Below are positions 38,081 through 51,521 of a DNA stretch of 64,000 bases, piece after piece (position 1 is the stretch's first letter; every line of letters starts with the position of its first letter). The DNA is from Haliotis rubra (lineage: Eukaryota). Location of the stretch: the NCBI RefSeq assembly GCF_003918875.1, contig NW_025767008.1, forward strand, positions 124,001 through 188,000. Reading direction: 5' to 3'. The notes beneath the pieces are model-generated. The model saw only the letters and a program-made list of their open reading frames with translations. It did no database searches and had not been told where the DNA came from. The position numbers and the translations under genes were made by a program.

Positions 38081-39293
38081 TACTATAGCTAAGAGCAATC
38101 ACAGAGACACTAGTTACCATATTATACTGGTAATGTATAATGATATATAGTATTATCCCACATCCTCCTCAGTCTGGTGGTGTACTGGTGGCTTTTTTTA
38201 GTGGTTTTTTTTGGTTCGCTTTTCGCTTTCATAGCACATGGATCAATACTGAAAATGAGGTTCTTGCTCTTTTCCAGAGCGGAACTCCATGACCGTTGCT
38301 TTATTGTAGATATACCCTGCTCTAGAGATATGTCTAGCGGTGATCTGGTGACTGTGGGTGAATTGTGATATTTTCATTACCCTACTTTTTCTTGCAATAA
38401 GGATTATACTGAGACTCATTTTCGTGCTCGTTTACGGAGAGGAACTCAAACGTTGAATATATCTTGATACGTTTAACTTGCGGTGGACTGGGGAGCCTTT
38501 TGATTACTTGGGATATTCAAAAGAACTTAAGAACGTCAATGCACCATCTGATCATCATCACCAATCATCATCATCATCATCACATATCAAACATACATAT
38601 TGTTTCAAAATAAACATAAAAATACAGTTGAAATTCCTAAAAGCGTTTCTTTTTTGGGAGAGTATATTATTATGCACGTCGTTTTATGTACGTTCCTTAC
38701 CTTTAACACGACGTTATCAACCCAATCTGATCGTTATCAACCCAACTCACCGACGAAGATTGCGTGAAACGTGAGATTTGTACCTACATAGTCTGTCATG
38801 ATTATAACATCAGGGACCAAATTGTCCGCAATATACTGATTGCTGCCATTCACATCACACAGCATCCTGACATAAGACACCTGCAAGTTAATATTATCCT
38901 CACAACCATGTATCTCCATTTCCATGTCTCATTAAAGTATTTGTTTGTTCTGAACAGTTTCCAATATGAACACATCCCAGCTGGTATCGAGTCACGCGAG
39001 CTATCACATGGCTCATGACATTTCAGCCAGTCCATGGCAACCTACAACGACGGCAGCATTAACCGTAAGCTTCGGTGGCATTGCCTGGCATCAGTGGACA
39101 CTAGTGATGATTAATATGATACAAATATTTGCAGATATTCCTTAACTACCTAAGCAAATCATAAACGAGATTATTAATATGATATTATTAAGAATGAGTT
39201 CTTGCATTTATACATATAACTGTTGTATATGAATACTAGCAATATTTTCTTGCTGACTGTAGTCGGTATCTACACACAGATCTCAGATGTTGA

Positions 39294-39480
39294 GGGACAG
39301 TGGGTAGGCTAGTGGTCAGACGCGGGTTCGATTCCCTGGGTACAGTGTGTGAAGCACGTTGATTGCATCAACAGCAGGGGCCCATTTTGGGAATACAACT
39401 GCTAGCTGCTTAAAGTTTACTTCCTCCTCACTCACTCACTCACTCACGCTCCCTCTCTCCCTCCCTCCCTCACTCACTCA
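39294..39480 (+). mobile_element. Degenerate family A SINE ending in (CACT)n
   Basis: GTGGGTAGGCTAGTGG...GGGTTCGATTCCCTGGGTACAGTGTGTGAAGC. Confidence 0.6.
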
Positions 39481-40148
39481 CTGTGGTGTCGGCCATTCAG
39501 AGGACATTGTATGTGGCAATAATCAGTCGCCCAGAACCAAGGATTCAAACCTGTCTAACGAGCCAACCAAGGGCCGTAACTCCCTAAACTTAAACCCATA
39601 TAGTAACCATGCATTCGTTGGTAAACAGTCGTCGTTCATAATCTTTCCATAAATCATGCATTAATGGACCCTATTTGGTATTGAAACAGAGGGAATTTGA
39701 GGGAAACAGATGTGGAAAAAAAGTGTAGCCTTTAAAATTATTAAAACATGTGAAACGGATTTCCTGCGTTTTGATGACCAACGTACAATGGTGCCTCGAC
39801 TTGATATGTGGTGTCATATATACAGAGGACATAATCTGTGATAATAATCCATTTTGAGAACCTGAGATTCAAACCTATCAAACGAGCCAACCAAGGGCCG
39901 TAACTCTGGATAACTTAATCCCATTCATATATGTACCATACATTCGTTGGTTAACATTGGCCGTTCAAAACCTTTCCATAATCCATTGTTGTACTCTGTG
40001 TGGTTTTGAAACATTTACGATGGAATTTAAGGCAAACAGATTCGGAAAAAAAATTGAAAGCCTTAAAATAATTCAAACATGTAAGGAGGATTTCCTACGT
40101 CATGGCGACCACCGTACGATGGCGTCTCGACTTGAATAAAGTAATCTT
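39481..40148 (+). repeat. Two diverged tandem copies of a ~330-bp dispersed repeat
   Basis: GTGGTGTC...CAGAGGACA...GATTCAAACCT.TC.AACGAGCCAACCAAGGGCCGTAACTC...CTCGACTTGA occurs at 39481-39805 and 39806-40148. Confidence 0.85.
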
Positions 40149-42946
40149 GATGGTGACCCAGCGAGCATATGGTCCGACTTCTACCAGATCAAACAACGCA
40201 CCGCGTGTTCATAGACGGAACAAAACCACCTTTCTTTAATGAATTTACTTGGACGTGCGGAATATGCAACGGGTTATACATGCCAAGAACACATTTCATT
40301 GTCTCACACGGACAGACACATAATACTTTCCGATATTAAATAGAGGCAATTTTCAGCGTTCTTTAATTACTTTCGGACAAAAAACTGGAAGTGCGTGGAA
40401 GCGTTATCCCACAAATTTTCAAAAAACTTAGAATTGAATCACTTTTAGTGATTAATCTTCAGTTTTTACACAAGAGAAAATTCCAACAGAGGATGAATAG
40501 CGATACGTTCCTTTTCTAATGGCTAACTTCCTGGCAGTAGAGAAAAGCATATCACCAGTGTGTATTGCCTAGTGACGTGACTGACGCCAACTTGTGTACT
40601 TCCCTTCTTTGAAAGCCGGACTGGCATAGTTGGGATTTAGATTTAATTTCTTTAAACATCAAAAGAAATGTTCAAAGGTTGCCCGAACCATCATCAAATT
40701 GGAAATGAGAGAATTCCCATCTTTCCAGAATATAGGTCCCAAAACGATGGTCAGTCTGCATCTGTAATACAATTAGAAATACGAATTTTGTTGTGTCGAT
40801 CCCACAGTTGTCTCGATGTAAGAACTTGTTCCCTGCTCTTTCCTAATTTACTCATACGCTCCGGTTTTTCCCGAAACTCAGATAACTCGAAGTATTTACG
40901 TAGGTCCCTTCAAGGTTGAATCAGCGGTATTTGACTGTCAGTGTTAAGTGGATACTTTGTCAATGCAATAACGAAAAATTAACGATAGAGTGTGTTTTAC
41001 CCCTAAAATCAATTCAACTTTTTCAGGTATATTTACCTTGCGTTAGGTATCACAGACATCATTTATATAAGAGCTGGAGGATGGGGTGTCTGTCATTGTT
41101 CGGTATATGATATTCCCAAAAGTGATTTTACAGAAATTTCGAAACACACACTTCTGTGAATCCTTTGTTAAAAAGCGTCCTCTCATTATATCGAAATGAA
41201 AATGATGGTATCACATGACGAGCAGGTTGCCTCGCTGCCGGTAACACTATACACATCACATAGAGACGTCGTCGAAGTAGACGTGCGTCGGATAGTGTTG
41301 ACGTTGTGAGACCGAGATGAACCAAGCATAAGCATTGGCAAACAACAATTCTAAAATCACATCATATGCAATGACACCCCCTTAAATACTCTCAGTGTGT
41401 TAGAAGCTCAATATTTGCCGGTAGGTTGTCTTAACTGTTTATATAACTCGGTACTGAGGAGCAGCCTGGACGGCTTTGACGTCATCAGACGCCAGTAAGT
41501 CTCCATCATGCAAACACAACAGGAATTGTGCCGTGTTTCAGATTCACAAACATACATTTTCTATTCACAGTGATTTGTAGAAAATCCTACTGGACTCATC
41601 AAACCTGTCTATCTTATTGTTTTTGTGAAATTCTCAATTTCCTCTTCAACCACAGGCAACATAAATATCACATATATAACGTCACTGAATAGCTGAGTTG
41701 GCTCGTAAGGGATTAGAATACATAAAAATGTCGGTAGTATAAGACGGCGGTGTGGAATTCAAAGCTTCGAAAAATGTATTTATGTATTTTAATTAAAATA
41801 TAATATTTTTGAAGATCCTTCCAGACGCTTAAAAAATAAAACTGCATAGAATGTCGATATAATATGACGGTGTTATGGAGCTCAAGCTTCGAGAGATGTA
41901 TTTTGAAGTATTTTGTTTAAAAATATAACAATTTTAAGAAGTAAATCAGAAAACTGAGACAGTTACATAGACAGTGAAGAAGTTTCTCGAATCTGTGGCA
42001 CTTGCGATTGGCACGTGATGAAACTGTCAGAACCACGTCTCTTGTAAATAACGGCACTTTATATACAGACCATCAGAGCAGTGTTACTGCCCCTACACAA
42101 TCCCTGTTTAATCGTGCGAGACTATCTAGTTACTTCAGGTCAGGGCTCCCTAGATGTTTGACCCCCTTGTTGTGTCACTCAGGAGCAGTCCGTGAAACGC
42201 AACAGATAGTTGGCAGAAATTCATGAATATTCATCAATTGGAGTCTTGCTTTAAAGAGGAAATACCTCTCGATGCTTCATATATGCTTGATATATGCTTG
42301 ATCTATGACCTAAGATATCTGCAAGGTAAATCGGCTGTCACTTACTGGGACGCCTGACGAGAATGCTTAACGATTCATCCACCTTTTTCTGAACGGTGGG
42401 CGAATATTCTTTGAGATTCCAACGGCGTGTTAGCAGTGTGTTGTATACACATGAATACGACAACGTGTGTTAACAAAGCAGCAGGTGAATGGCCGTGCTG
42501 GTTGAATAACACAACAGTAGTAACGATGTGGACGATATTCACGCCACGGCCTGCCATAGATTTCTATGTTTAAAAATTGGTTGTTGTTATACACCACGCT
42601 CAGCAATATTCCAGCTATATGGCGGCGGTGTTCAAATAATCGAGTTAGTTGGTTGTTGTTTTCGTTTTTCATATTTTTTTCTTGCTCTTTTTTTACTAAT
42701 GGACAACCGTGGGCGTCTGCGTACACTGACGTTTAGTGTCTGAATATCTTGTTTTTTAAACAAATACTTCTATTTAAACTGAAAATGAGTCTCCGTATGG
42801 GAGATCTTAAACCCTAGGAGATCTAGACTTCCTTCATTTGGAGCTTTAGCATTGATGAGGGGATCGACTGGGTTGAAGGGAAAAGAATGTGGTTCAGGAA
42901 CTTTGAGACAGGTCAGGCGTCGTGGATACTAGGATAACCTGATTAA

Positions 42947-43185
42947 GAGTGAGTGAGTGAGTTTAGTTTTACGCCGCACTCAGCAATACTTCCAGCTTTA
43001 TGGCGGCGGTCCGTAGATAATCGAGTCTGGACCAGATAATCCGGTGATCAACAGCATGAGCATCGATCTGCGCAATTGGGATACGCTTAGCAAGTCAGTG
43101 AGCCTGACCACCCAATCCCGTTAGTCGCCTCTTACGACACGCATGAGTTACTGAAGATCAATTCTAACTCGGATCTTCACGGGTC
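42947..43185 (-). mobile_element. Family B SINE-like element
   Basis: Full copy with an imperfect TSD, ACCTGATTAAGAG / ACCTGCATCAGAG. Confidence 0.9.
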
Positions 43186-43805
43186 ACCTGCATCAGAGCT
43201 TATACAAGACTGAAATGAAATTACCAAACACATTTATACCGAAATACCCGCCTATGTACATCTTCCGTCTTCTGAGTACGAAACATCGTATTCAGAACAC
43301 CGTCTTTTCAGATTATTGAAACAATAGGTCAATACAATACTATATTAATACAACTTGGACCAACATGCCCACGGAATGTTTGGACGGATTGTTTATGTTT
43401 CCGTCACTGGCTGTGACCTTTAGACTTTCTTGAATATTGGAAGACATTTGCCTTGATATTGCTCTGACCTTTGTCAAGGTATGGCATGTGGCGTCGAGGT
43501 GTATGCCGAGAGTAGACGTCGAGTTCATCGAGCCTCATAAAAACCAAAGATAAGTGGACATGATACGTTCAAGTGTTGTTGATGGTTTGTAAAAGAGATG
43601 TAATAACCAGTCACGCTTTCCTATTTTCATCGTTGATTAACTCAAATTACAATACTGTCATTCGCATTATCCTAAACATACAACATTGATCGATTTGTAA
43701 CTATGTACACTCTGCCATGCATGGTGTGATTAGTTGGGTGTGACCGGGAGCTGCAGGTTAATGTTGTTGATGACGGTGTCCAGTACTGATTATGCAGAGC
43801 TACAG

Positions 43806-43933
43806 TGAGTCGGTGTGGCGTTTAGCAATATTCCAGCAATATCACGGGTTGGGACAGAAATGGGCTTCCCACACTGTACCCATGTGAGGAATCGATCCTG
43901 GTTCTTCGGCGTGACAGGCGAACGCTGTAACTA
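43806..43933 (-). mobile_element. Family A SINE
   Basis: TTTAGCAATATTCCAGCAATATCACGG...TGTACCCATGTGAGGAATCGATCC...AGGCTATCCCAC. Confidence 0.8.
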
Positions 43934-44081
43934 CTAGGCTATCCCACTAACCCTACCGAAATGCACAGTTATCGATTAAGATGATCTGGGGGAATATTTG
44001 ATGTTGGAAGAAAGAACACACAATGTTATTACATTTCAAATTGAATATTCAAGATCATTGACGTTTTGTTCACAATGTAAA

Positions 44082-44303
44082 GAGTGAGTGAGTTGAGTTT
44101 TACGCCGCACTGAGCAATATTCAGCTATATGGCGGCGGTCTGTAAATAATCGAGGCTTGACCAGACAATCCAGTGATCAACAGCATGAGCATCGATCTGC
44201 GCAATTGGGAACCGATGAGATGACATGTGTCATCCGGTTAGTCGCCTCTTGCGACAAGCATGGGTTACTGAAGATCAATATTCTAACCCGGACCTTCACG
44301 GGT
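44082..44303 (-). mobile_element. Family B SINE-like element with an internal deletion
   Basis: Runs from the (GAGT)n tail to ...CCCGGACCTTCACGGGT; imperfect TSD ACAATGTAAAGA / ACAATACAAAGA. Confidence 0.88.
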
Positions 44304-44579
44304 TTACAATACAAAGATTACAAAACAAATACGTATTAGCTATTTTGTAAAGATAATCCAGGCCGGACTTCACGTGTTAGCGAGGACTATGAATTGCGTG
44401 ATGGTTACACGGAAGCTCGGCTCTGAGCCCAGTGAGTGTAGGAGATAGGGACTTTCTTGAGAGATTTCTTGTAGAACTATAGGAGGGTGAGGAGGGCAGA
44501 AGAAACGTGGACTGTCTGTTAAGTAACTGGACTGTCTGTTCGTGTAGAACTACACGGTTCAGAGAGAACGATCAGTGTC

Positions 44580-45225
44580 GACTGTCTGGGAGTGTTGTGG
44601 AAGATGGTTGACAGTTAGGGACTAATTGTGTAGAACATACTTGGACTGTCTGTGAGAGTTGTGGAACATATGGTTGACAGTTAGGGACTAATTGTGTAGA
44701 ACATACATGGACTGTCTGGGAGTGTTGTGGAACATGGTTGACAGAGAGGGAACCGATTGTGTAGAACATACCTGGACTGTGTCTAGGAGTGTTGTGGAAT
44801 CTGGTTGACAGAGAGGGAACCGATTGTGCAGAACATACCTGGACTGTGTCTAGGAGTGTTGTGGAACATGGTTGACAGTTAGGGACTAATTGTGTAGAAC
44901 ATAATTGTACTGTCTGTGAGAGTTGTGGAACATATGGTTGACAGGTAGGGACTAATTGTGTAGAACATAATTGTACTGTCTGTGAGAGTTGTGGAACATA
45001 TGGTTGACAGTTAGGGACTAATTGTGTAGAACATACATGGACTGCCTGGGAGAGTTGTGGAACATGGTTGACAGTTAGGGACTAATTGTGTAGAACATAC
45101 ATGGACTGTCGTTTGAGTGTTGTGGAACATGGTTGACAGAGAGGGAACCGATTGTGTAGAACATACATGGACTGTCTGGGAGTGTTGTGGAACATGATTG
45201 ATAGAGAGCGCCTGATTGTAACACA
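44580..45225. repeat. Minisatellite, 64-66-bp unit, ~10 copies
   Basis: GGACTGTCTGGGAGTGTTGTGGAACATGGTTGACAGTTAGGGACTAATTGTGTAGAACATACAT; period 64 (45001 to 45065); two sub-variants. Confidence 0.93.
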
Positions 45226-46046
45226 CATGAACACATTTTCCGCTTCTGTCAAGATTTTTAAGTTGGTTGGTCACCAAATTCATGTAACATAGCCAAACAT
45301 AATGAGAAATATGACAAAATGTGACTTTGGAATTGGTTCATGAACCTGAGAATTTCAACTTATCGACACATGAGGAGTGTTCACTTATTGCACAGGGCCA
45401 TGGAAAGATATTGACCATCAAAGGCTTGTTTATAAAGACAAATGACAGTTTGGTTGCTGCTCGAGTTAGAACTGAATACACCACTAAATGTTTCATCGCC
45501 TACTTACCACGCATTTGTGACATGCACATCTCGTGAATGGTAAACCTAGTACCACTTGTAGTACTCATAACTTGTAAATGGTACAACGTCCGACAGACCG
45601 AACTCATGAAACCTCTCGCAATCAGTGCTGAATAATGTGTATGGACGACATCGAGCCTTCATCTTCACAGTATATTGGGAACGGAAATTGAAACTTTCTG
45701 TTTTAAGGGACTAAATCGAGCAGGTTTCGATAAATTTACTCTTAGAATTGTATTATTCTGACGGTGATTGTGTGGCTGTTAATACATTCTTCCAATAATT
45801 CCCTGCATGCGAACCATCGGCGTCTGATTTACAGCCGCATACAATGCAGCTCTTAATGGAGCCAAAACGTTTCCTTACTATAAATAATTGAAATGTACGC
45901 ATTGAATCCCGTTGTAATGATATATTGTATAACTCTGTAGTATTATCGTGACTGTGGCACTTTGAGGATGCTTTATTGAATAACACATCGGCCATTATTG
46001 AAACTATTCCCAGTGCATTTAAGGATTATCACAAACACGGGGGCAT

Positions 46047-46268
46047 TGTGTTCAGCAATTTTCCAGCTATATGGAGACGATCTGTAAATAATCGAGTCTG
46101 GGCCAGACAACCCAATGATCAACATCATGAGCATCGTTCTACGCAATTGGGATACGATGACGTGTGTCAACCAAGTCAGCGACTCTGACCACCCGATCCC
46201 GTTAGTCGCCTCTTAGAAGCATTGGTTGTTGAAGACCAATTCTAACCAATTCTAATTTTTCACGGGTT
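46047..46268 (-). mobile_element. Family B SINE-like element, 5' end damaged
   Basis: CAGCAATTTTCCAGCTATATGG...GACCACCCGATCCCGTTAGTCGCCTCTTA...TTCACGGGT. Confidence 0.8.
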
Positions 46269-47008
46269 CATCCGGACAGCAAACTGTAGCTGACACACTT
46301 ATCATGGTAAATCGTTCATATTCATTCTGTTTTGGTCACAACACCATCGACAATGTGTCCTACTACGACGATGGGTCCGAGTCACTATATACAGACGAAT
46401 TGAGACAATTGCTGTGAAATTATTCTACCAGTTGTAATTAATCTGATATAGTGCCAGTGAGGTTTGTCAACTGGAAGGGAAACGTGGTCAAGTAGTATAA
46501 CCCAGATTTACGACCCTTCCTGGTTGACAAGATCGGCAGATCGAATACGATGTTCGTTTGGTCATCTTAATGTCATTGTTCCAAATATTGTGGTTTCAGT
46601 AAAGAAGTAAATACAGTTTGCTTCATGTAAACCTTCCATCCGAAAATAAGTTCACATGCGGTGATTCTTGTGTTTATTGTGAAAGTGAACAGAACCGAAA
46701 ATAGGCTGACACGCTGCGATACTCTTGTTTATTGTGAAAGTGAACACCCGCACTGATTCACACCGCATGCATTCCGTTTACTACCGCGCTCACAGTGTCC
46801 ACAGCTGGCCCAGGGCCATTTTGCTAGATGTTGTTTTCTGACTGACTTCGCTGTCTTTAACCTTGACGTAGCAGCTGGTATATCAAAAATAGCCTGACAT
46901 TCATGACTACATCTATATTGCTAAACGTTTGAAAACTTGTTCTGGCTGTTTGGGATTGATTTCCAATTGTTTACTTTAGACACCCGGTGACTTAGATGCA
47001 AGTGACTG

Positions 47009-47470
47009 AGATTACCTTATTCAAGTCGAGGCGCCATTGTACCTTGGTCATCAAAACGCATGAAATCCGTTTCACATGTTTGAATTATTTTAGGGCTACA
47101 CGTTTTGTCCGCATCTGTTTCACTCAAATTTCATCGTAAACGTTTCAATACCACACAGGGTCCAATAATGATTTATGGAAATGTTTTGAATGACGACTGT
47201 TTACCAAGGAATGCATGGTTCATATACGAATGGGATTAAGGTTAGGGAATTACGCCCCTTGGTTGGCTTGATTGATAGGTTTAAAACCCAGGTTCTGGAC
47301 GATTGACTATTACCACATACTGTGTCCTCTGAATGGCCACACCACAGAGTGAGTGAGTGAGTGAGTGAGTGAGTGAGTGAGTGAGTGAGTGAGTGAGTGA
47401 GTGAGTGAGTGAGTGAGTGGGTGGGTGGTTGGGTGGGTGGGTGTTTGATGGAGTGAGTGAGTGAGTGAGT
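47009..47470 (-). repeat. Inverted third copy of the ~330-bp repeat plus a (GAGT)n tract
   Basis: 47009-47347 is the reverse complement of the 39481 unit, followed by (GAGT)n to ~47470. Confidence 0.85.
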
Positions 47471-50121
47471 GCCTGTAACCAGTACACCCACCAACGCTAC
47501 AAACCTCGGCAGCGTGTAACAAAGACTCTTTATGACGTGGAGTAAGTACCCACCGTCTCTATATTCATCACGTCGTTTACAAACTATTCACGAAATACAT
47601 AAACATTCCAAAGGAGGCAGTGTAATTGTGATAGATGCTTTCTGTTTAATGAGACCCTTCAAGGAGAAAACACTTCTTGTATTTATCTGCCCGGGTCAAC
47701 GTCAACAACACCACTCTGAGCTGACAGATACACAATTATCCCCATAGTAATGAGGCTTACTGCGTTGCGACGATGCCAGTGAAGACCTGGCTATAGCCAA
47801 AGAAAAATTACAAAGAGAACGCTCTAGGATCTTAGTTTATGCCCTACTGGGCAAGCAGCATCTACTGAGAATCCCATATCCCGGGCAGGCTTGTCCATAC
47901 CTCAGACTGTTGTATAACCAAGCGTTGTGAAGAACATATCACACAATTGTCTTATGAGTTATTTATTTGATGGCATTTTACGTTCATGATTATCAAAGAA
48001 ATATCGATTCTTCGGCAGGAGATTTATTGATATAGGCCATCAGTTTATGGCTCAGTCTTTTCAGAGGCAGAGAGTGACGTGTTGGGTTTTAGTGTGTAAG
48101 TCTAAATACCTTAAACGTGATGTGAGAACACAAACATGTACCGATTCTTAACGCAACGCTTTTTAGGAAGTCTATCCTCCAAGGCATGGTGTGATTTCTT
48201 ATGGCTGGTATCATAACTCACCCTCAACAAGAGGACTCTGTACATTAAATGGGATAACTCATCAATAGATGTTATCTACGTCACACAATTTGACATTTAA
48301 ACAGAGGCCTGAAAAACAAATAAAATGTGCTAAAGAATCGTCCTTCATTTTTTTTCACTATGATCCATGGTAAATGTTTTGTTGTTGTTCATTCCTTTCC
48401 GAAGGCACCGTCTGCACACTTGGTCATTTCAGTGTTTAAAGGTTCTTAAATGTAAATCCTGAAACGAAGTTACGTTCAGAATAAAATGTCAAAGAATAAT
48501 GGCTGCTTGGAACCAACTGTATCCTTGACAGCAAGATGCACATTCTACATTCTATATGTCCCTTCTGAAGCCGATAGCCGTCAATTCCCCGTCACTAAAC
48601 ATTTAGATGCCATATGTTTTTTAACGAGCAAATCTCATCAACACCTTGTTCGATTCAACTGCACACCCTCCCTATTCCCGACAATTAAGCATGATAGACA
48701 GTCCTCTCAAGTATAGTGTAAATGTCATCGGATCCAGATCAAGATATCAGCCCAAGGCTGGCACAATCCAGCAAATATTTGGTTCTAATTACGAAGCCGG
48801 GGCTTCGAGACTCTTCTCCAGCATGCCGAAGAAACAACGACTATTGGTATTTCGGTCTTCCCCACGGGACCAAAACGCACCCTAGCTCAGAAGAGATTTG
48901 TACTTGTGCCATACTTCTGTTGACGATGCTTATGTGTAAGAAGTGTTCTAACACCTTCCTTCGTGAAACTGTTCTCAGGACTTAGGACATTCCTTGAGGC
49001 AGCAGCCCCTGGCTTTCAAGGATGTTTGTGCAATCTTTTCCGAAGCTTTCTCACACTGCGTTGCATTAAATCGGTTAACAAGCTGTTAAATGGCAGGTTA
49101 TATCATTACGCGTACATAGTGCCAACTGAAAAATTCAAAGTCGGAAGTGGTTTTCAGAAGAGAGGATAACTCATTAAGGGTAGTCTATCATGCATCACCA
49201 TTGCAAGACTTGAGTACTAACGCATTCGTTTTTAACCAGTTCCAAAGCAAACATGAGTGCCTGTAGAATTGTGCGCTCGTTTGGAACACAAAGTGCATCT
49301 GTCTGGTAAATATTTATTTTCATATTCTATCATAAACATTTTAAGAAATAGGATTTAATTAACAGATGTGTCAGCATACATACGCTAAGGTTTCCATTTG
49401 GTTTAATTCAAGTAAGCATCTTTACATATGTACAATCCGACTGATCGCAACGCACCGCAGTAGTAACAATTAACGGCATCGGAGTCATTATGCGAGGCAA
49501 GAGTTTAGAGTCAGTGCTTGCAGCAGGGATTCATCGCAAACAATAGGTCGACCAGTCGCCAGGAGAGCATACATTTGCTCTAATAACTGCTCCAGCATTA
49601 ATGTATTATAATTCTCCAAAGAGATGTCATTACTCTTACAATACAGGGTTTCTTTGTCGACAGTCTACAGTTTCATCCAAGCTGTTGGCCGAATCATTGC
49701 AGACAGAAATGTTTCAGAGAAGGAATTTCTTGAGGGGGGAAGCTAAGGGGACCTTTCCGTTTGTTCGGGGTATTTGCTTCAGTGTCTGCTCTGTCTGCCA
49801 GATTCAAATTAACGGAACGCCAGAACATGACGTAATGTAAGCTTTCAGAATTTATTCCGTGCTGTCTGATCTTTTAACTACTGTCGAATCTCTGAAGGGA
49901 CCTACGTGGATGCCTAAGGGATACAATGTGATCAAGCTTTCACTTAATGATAACTTTAAGTTCGACTCATCTAAATTCGAAATAACGGTGTTTAACTGTA
50001 TCGTGGAATGAAAAAGTTGAGGCGTTGTAGGTGAATAAAAGTCGTTATGTGCCCTAACATTAGAAGACGGAATGGCCACGGGGGTGTAGGCTGTTCCATT
50101 AGTGGTAGGTTCGAATCAACG

Positions 50122-50247
50122 GTTGGGGTAGCCTGGAGCTTAAACGTTCGCTCCTCACATCACTTCCTCTACAGGTACAATGTGTGAAGCCCGTTTTGAT
50201 GTTACTTGAATATTGGTTAATGCGGCGTAAAACCCATCTCACTCACA
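50122..50247 (+). mobile_element. Degenerate family A SINE
   Basis: TGGGGTAGCCTGG...GGTACAATGTGTGAAGCCC...GCGGCGTAAAACCCATCTCACTCAC. Confidence 0.7.
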
Positions 50248-51250
50248 CGCACGAATAAAGTTTTATACCAGCTATGAACATTGCTATTAACTGTCTGTGA
50301 CGCTTTCGTGGAGTTATCAGAAATGGCAAAGGTCTTCGAGTTGTGCCGCTGATCCCTCTCTCTCGATGATACATACTGGCTTTTCACATCTGCGTTTAAC
50401 AAAGAGGCTTACTTACGTTCATATCATTAATTGTGTTATCTGTAGTATAGGGTTCAAGTGATCCTCCTCAAATCTTGTCTCAATCAGTTTACATTGAAGG
50501 TTATTTCTGCTCCAGCACAACTCGAATCTCCTCTACTGGTTCTGACAGTGCCACTTAACCCAGTGCCACATGTTACATGGATGTGTGATCGTGAGACAAT
50601 CGTTCAGTAATTGCAGCCCATGTCACCGCAGGGGGCGTGGATCCCACAATGGTGGTCTTACCAAGGCCGGAAGTAGACGGAGGGGATCTCATATCTCCCA
50701 TTCCGTGTCGTCCCCTACCAATTGTTGTCAGCATCACGAATATATCACATCGCCCTTTCGAGGCTGGTATTTAGGCTATTTTCAACAAAACTCTGCACAA
50801 TTACACTTCAAGAGTTGAAGGTTGAGGGTGTAAATTTAACATGACATTTCAACATCTAACTACTTCAAATTAGTATGCGTTTACTAAACTCATGTGCTCT
50901 TTGTATTTGTTTAGCGAGTATCTGGTCTCGGGTTCCGGTATAAGATCTAATCATGCATTAGGAGACTATTAACAGTAGAACACAATTTCCATGCCATTTC
51001 GGTGGATAAAACCCTGAGTTTTTTGTTTCCTGTCCAACTTAATAAGACATGGAGACAACTGAGTAGACACGGATGGCCCAGGGGTCAAGGGCGCCGCCAC
51101 GTATAGAGTTACGTCCCTTGGGCATGCAAGAAACCTTAGATGGTGGGTTCTTATATCAGTTCACTTGCTTTCAGGTTTGGTGGCACCATACCATGTTCTT
51201 GTGTTGCAGCATTGTATGAGACTTGAAACAAGTCAGACCTTTCTCGAAAA

Positions 51251-51521
51251 TGAGTGAGTGAGTAATTGAGGTTTTACCCCTCTTTTAGCAATAATCCAGT
51301 AAAATCACTGTGGGAATCCAGCCCGTTTTATCGGCATGACTTAACCGCTTTAACCACTAGGCTACCCCACTCCTCGTTCATGTCATAAAACTGACAATAT
51401 CTGGCATGAAGATGACACACCAGAAATGAACTTCACACATTGTACCCATGTTGGGATTCGAACCCGGGTTTTCGACGTTCACAGGGGAGAACTGACAATA
51501 TCTGGCATGAAGATGACACAC
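51251..51521 (-). mobile_element. Rearranged family A SINE pieces
   Basis: Tail plus head at 51251-51372. The middle piece (CTTCACACATTGTACCCATGTTGGGATTCGAACCCGGG) at 51420-51480 lies between 31-bp direct repeats. Confidence 0.65.

Noticed and set aside
31350-49170. Possible decayed transposase-like stretches (31350-31910, 40150-41300, 48480-49170)
   Set aside because: The composition looks coding-derived, but I could not identify a reliable motif without a search.
173-51480. tRNA genes at A/B-box motifs
   Set aside because: Each continues into a shared SINE body and tail, some with TSDs, and none forms a full cloverleaf.
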